Assembly: GCA_947062475.1 (NCBI GenBank)
Contig: CAMSQA010000004.1
Coordinates: forward strand, 12,793 to 76,792
Reading direction: 5' to 3'
Length of the DNA: 64,000 nt
Source: an uncultured Clostridia bacterium
Lineage (GTDB): Bacteria; Bacillota; Clostridia; Christensenellales; UBA1242
Of the stretch, positions 63,671-64,000 are shown piece after piece. Under the pieces are notes generated by a model, which was given only the letters and a program-made list of their open reading frames with translations, searched no databases and was not told where the DNA came from. Numbering within the stretch: the first letter of the stretch is position 1; each line of letters starts with the position of its first letter. A program made the position numbers and the translations under genes.

Positions 63671-64000
63671 ATGAATATAAATGGCATTGTTCTTGTAAAT
63701 AAAGATAAAAATATTTCATCAAACAGTGTAGTAAACAAAGTCAAATGGCTTTTAAAAGCAGACAAAGCAGGTCATTTTGGAACATTGGATGTGTTAGGCG
63801 AAGGTTTATTGCCTGTGGCACTTGGAAAGGGAACAAAACTGTTTGATTATTTTTTAAATAAAGATAAAGTTTATAAAACAATATTTAAATTTGGAGAAAC
63901 AACAGCTACTTTGGATTTGGAAGGTGAAATAACTCAGCGAAATGATGTAATTGTATCTAAGTCGGATTTAGAACAAATATTACCTTTATTTTTAGGCAAA
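63671..64000 (+). CDS. truB: tRNA pseudouridine(55) synthase TruB (3' end outside the window)
   Basis: My translation: MNINGIVLVNKDKNISSNSVVNKVKWLLKADKAGHFGTLDVLGEGLLPVALGKGTKL.. It contains the catalytic GTLD motif. RBS tggag. Canonical position after rbfA/nrnA. Confidence 0.88.
   Translation, partial: MNINGIVLVNKDKNISSNSVVNKVKWLLKADKAGHFGTLDVLGEGLLPVALGKGTKLFDYFLNKDKVYKTIFKFGETTATLDLEGEITQRNDVIVSKSDLEQILPLFLGK

Noticed and set aside
1-64000. Alternative genetic code (TGA=Trp), as in Mollicutes, considered because of the very low GC content
   Set aside because: TGA terminates mutL at 2688-2690 exactly where the family ends. Trp positions are encoded by TGG, and conserved genes are full length under code 11.
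1-64000. Mobile elements, prophage, CRISPR arrays and known defence systems
   Set aside because: I found no transposase, integrase or recombinase-like ORF, no terminal inverted repeats, no regularly spaced direct repeats, and no nuclease/ATPase/methylase gene clusters. The tRNA-Ser at 14033-14121 has no flanking integrase or duplicated 3' half.

Overview
Strongly AT-rich chromosomal core region of a Gram-positive, Firmicutes-type bacterium. It looks Clostridia-like: type A RNase P RNA, scattered sporulation genes and Bacillus/Clostridium-type synteny. TGA is used as a stop (for example at the end of mutL), so the standard bacterial code applies. About 60 protein genes are supported, almost all on the + strand. 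They fall into recognisable housekeeping blocks:
- mutS(partial)-mutL-miaA-ynbB-like
- a PBP5-type carboxypeptidase followed by scpA-scpB
- an M50/SpoIVFB-like protease
- mnmA
- tRNA-Ser(GGA), then HIT and rnhA
- pta-ackA
- rpmF
- plsX-rnc-smc-ftsY
- a pro-sigma-K-like sigma factor
- rnpB
- rarA
- polA
- ruvX-DUF1292
- ytxC-like, an ABC exporter, then T-box-thrS
- yajC, secD-secF
- rpsB-tsf-frr-uppS-cdsA-rseP
- rimP-nusA-ylxR-ylxQ-infB-rbfA-nrnA-like-truB(partial)

I saw no rRNA, CRISPR array, transposase, integrase or prophage signature, and no recognisable defence, toxin or biosynthetic cluster.

The unusual content is a set of single genes and junctions rather than one obvious island:
1. 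The polC slot upstream of rimP holds only a 515-aa N-domain/OB-like/DEDDh exonuclease protein.
2. A 455-aa orphan has a diadenylate-cyclase-like C-terminus whose RHR motif is degenerate.
3. A membrane HAMP/cyclase-homology/TPR protein has lost its catalytic residues.
4. An E2-acyltransferase-like protein has DER in place of DHR and carries a poly-lysine tail.
5. A 1006-aa multidomain orphan has a translationally overlapping 73-aa coiled-coil partner.
6. Two small ORFs absent from the ORF track have strong ribosome-binding sites and terminators.
7. pyrH, dxr, proS, acpP and the fab genes are missing from otherwise canonical operons.
8. Several promoters are placed so close to SD-less start codons that leaderless mRNAs are plausible.

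All family assignments come from motif recognition by eye. No database search was run.
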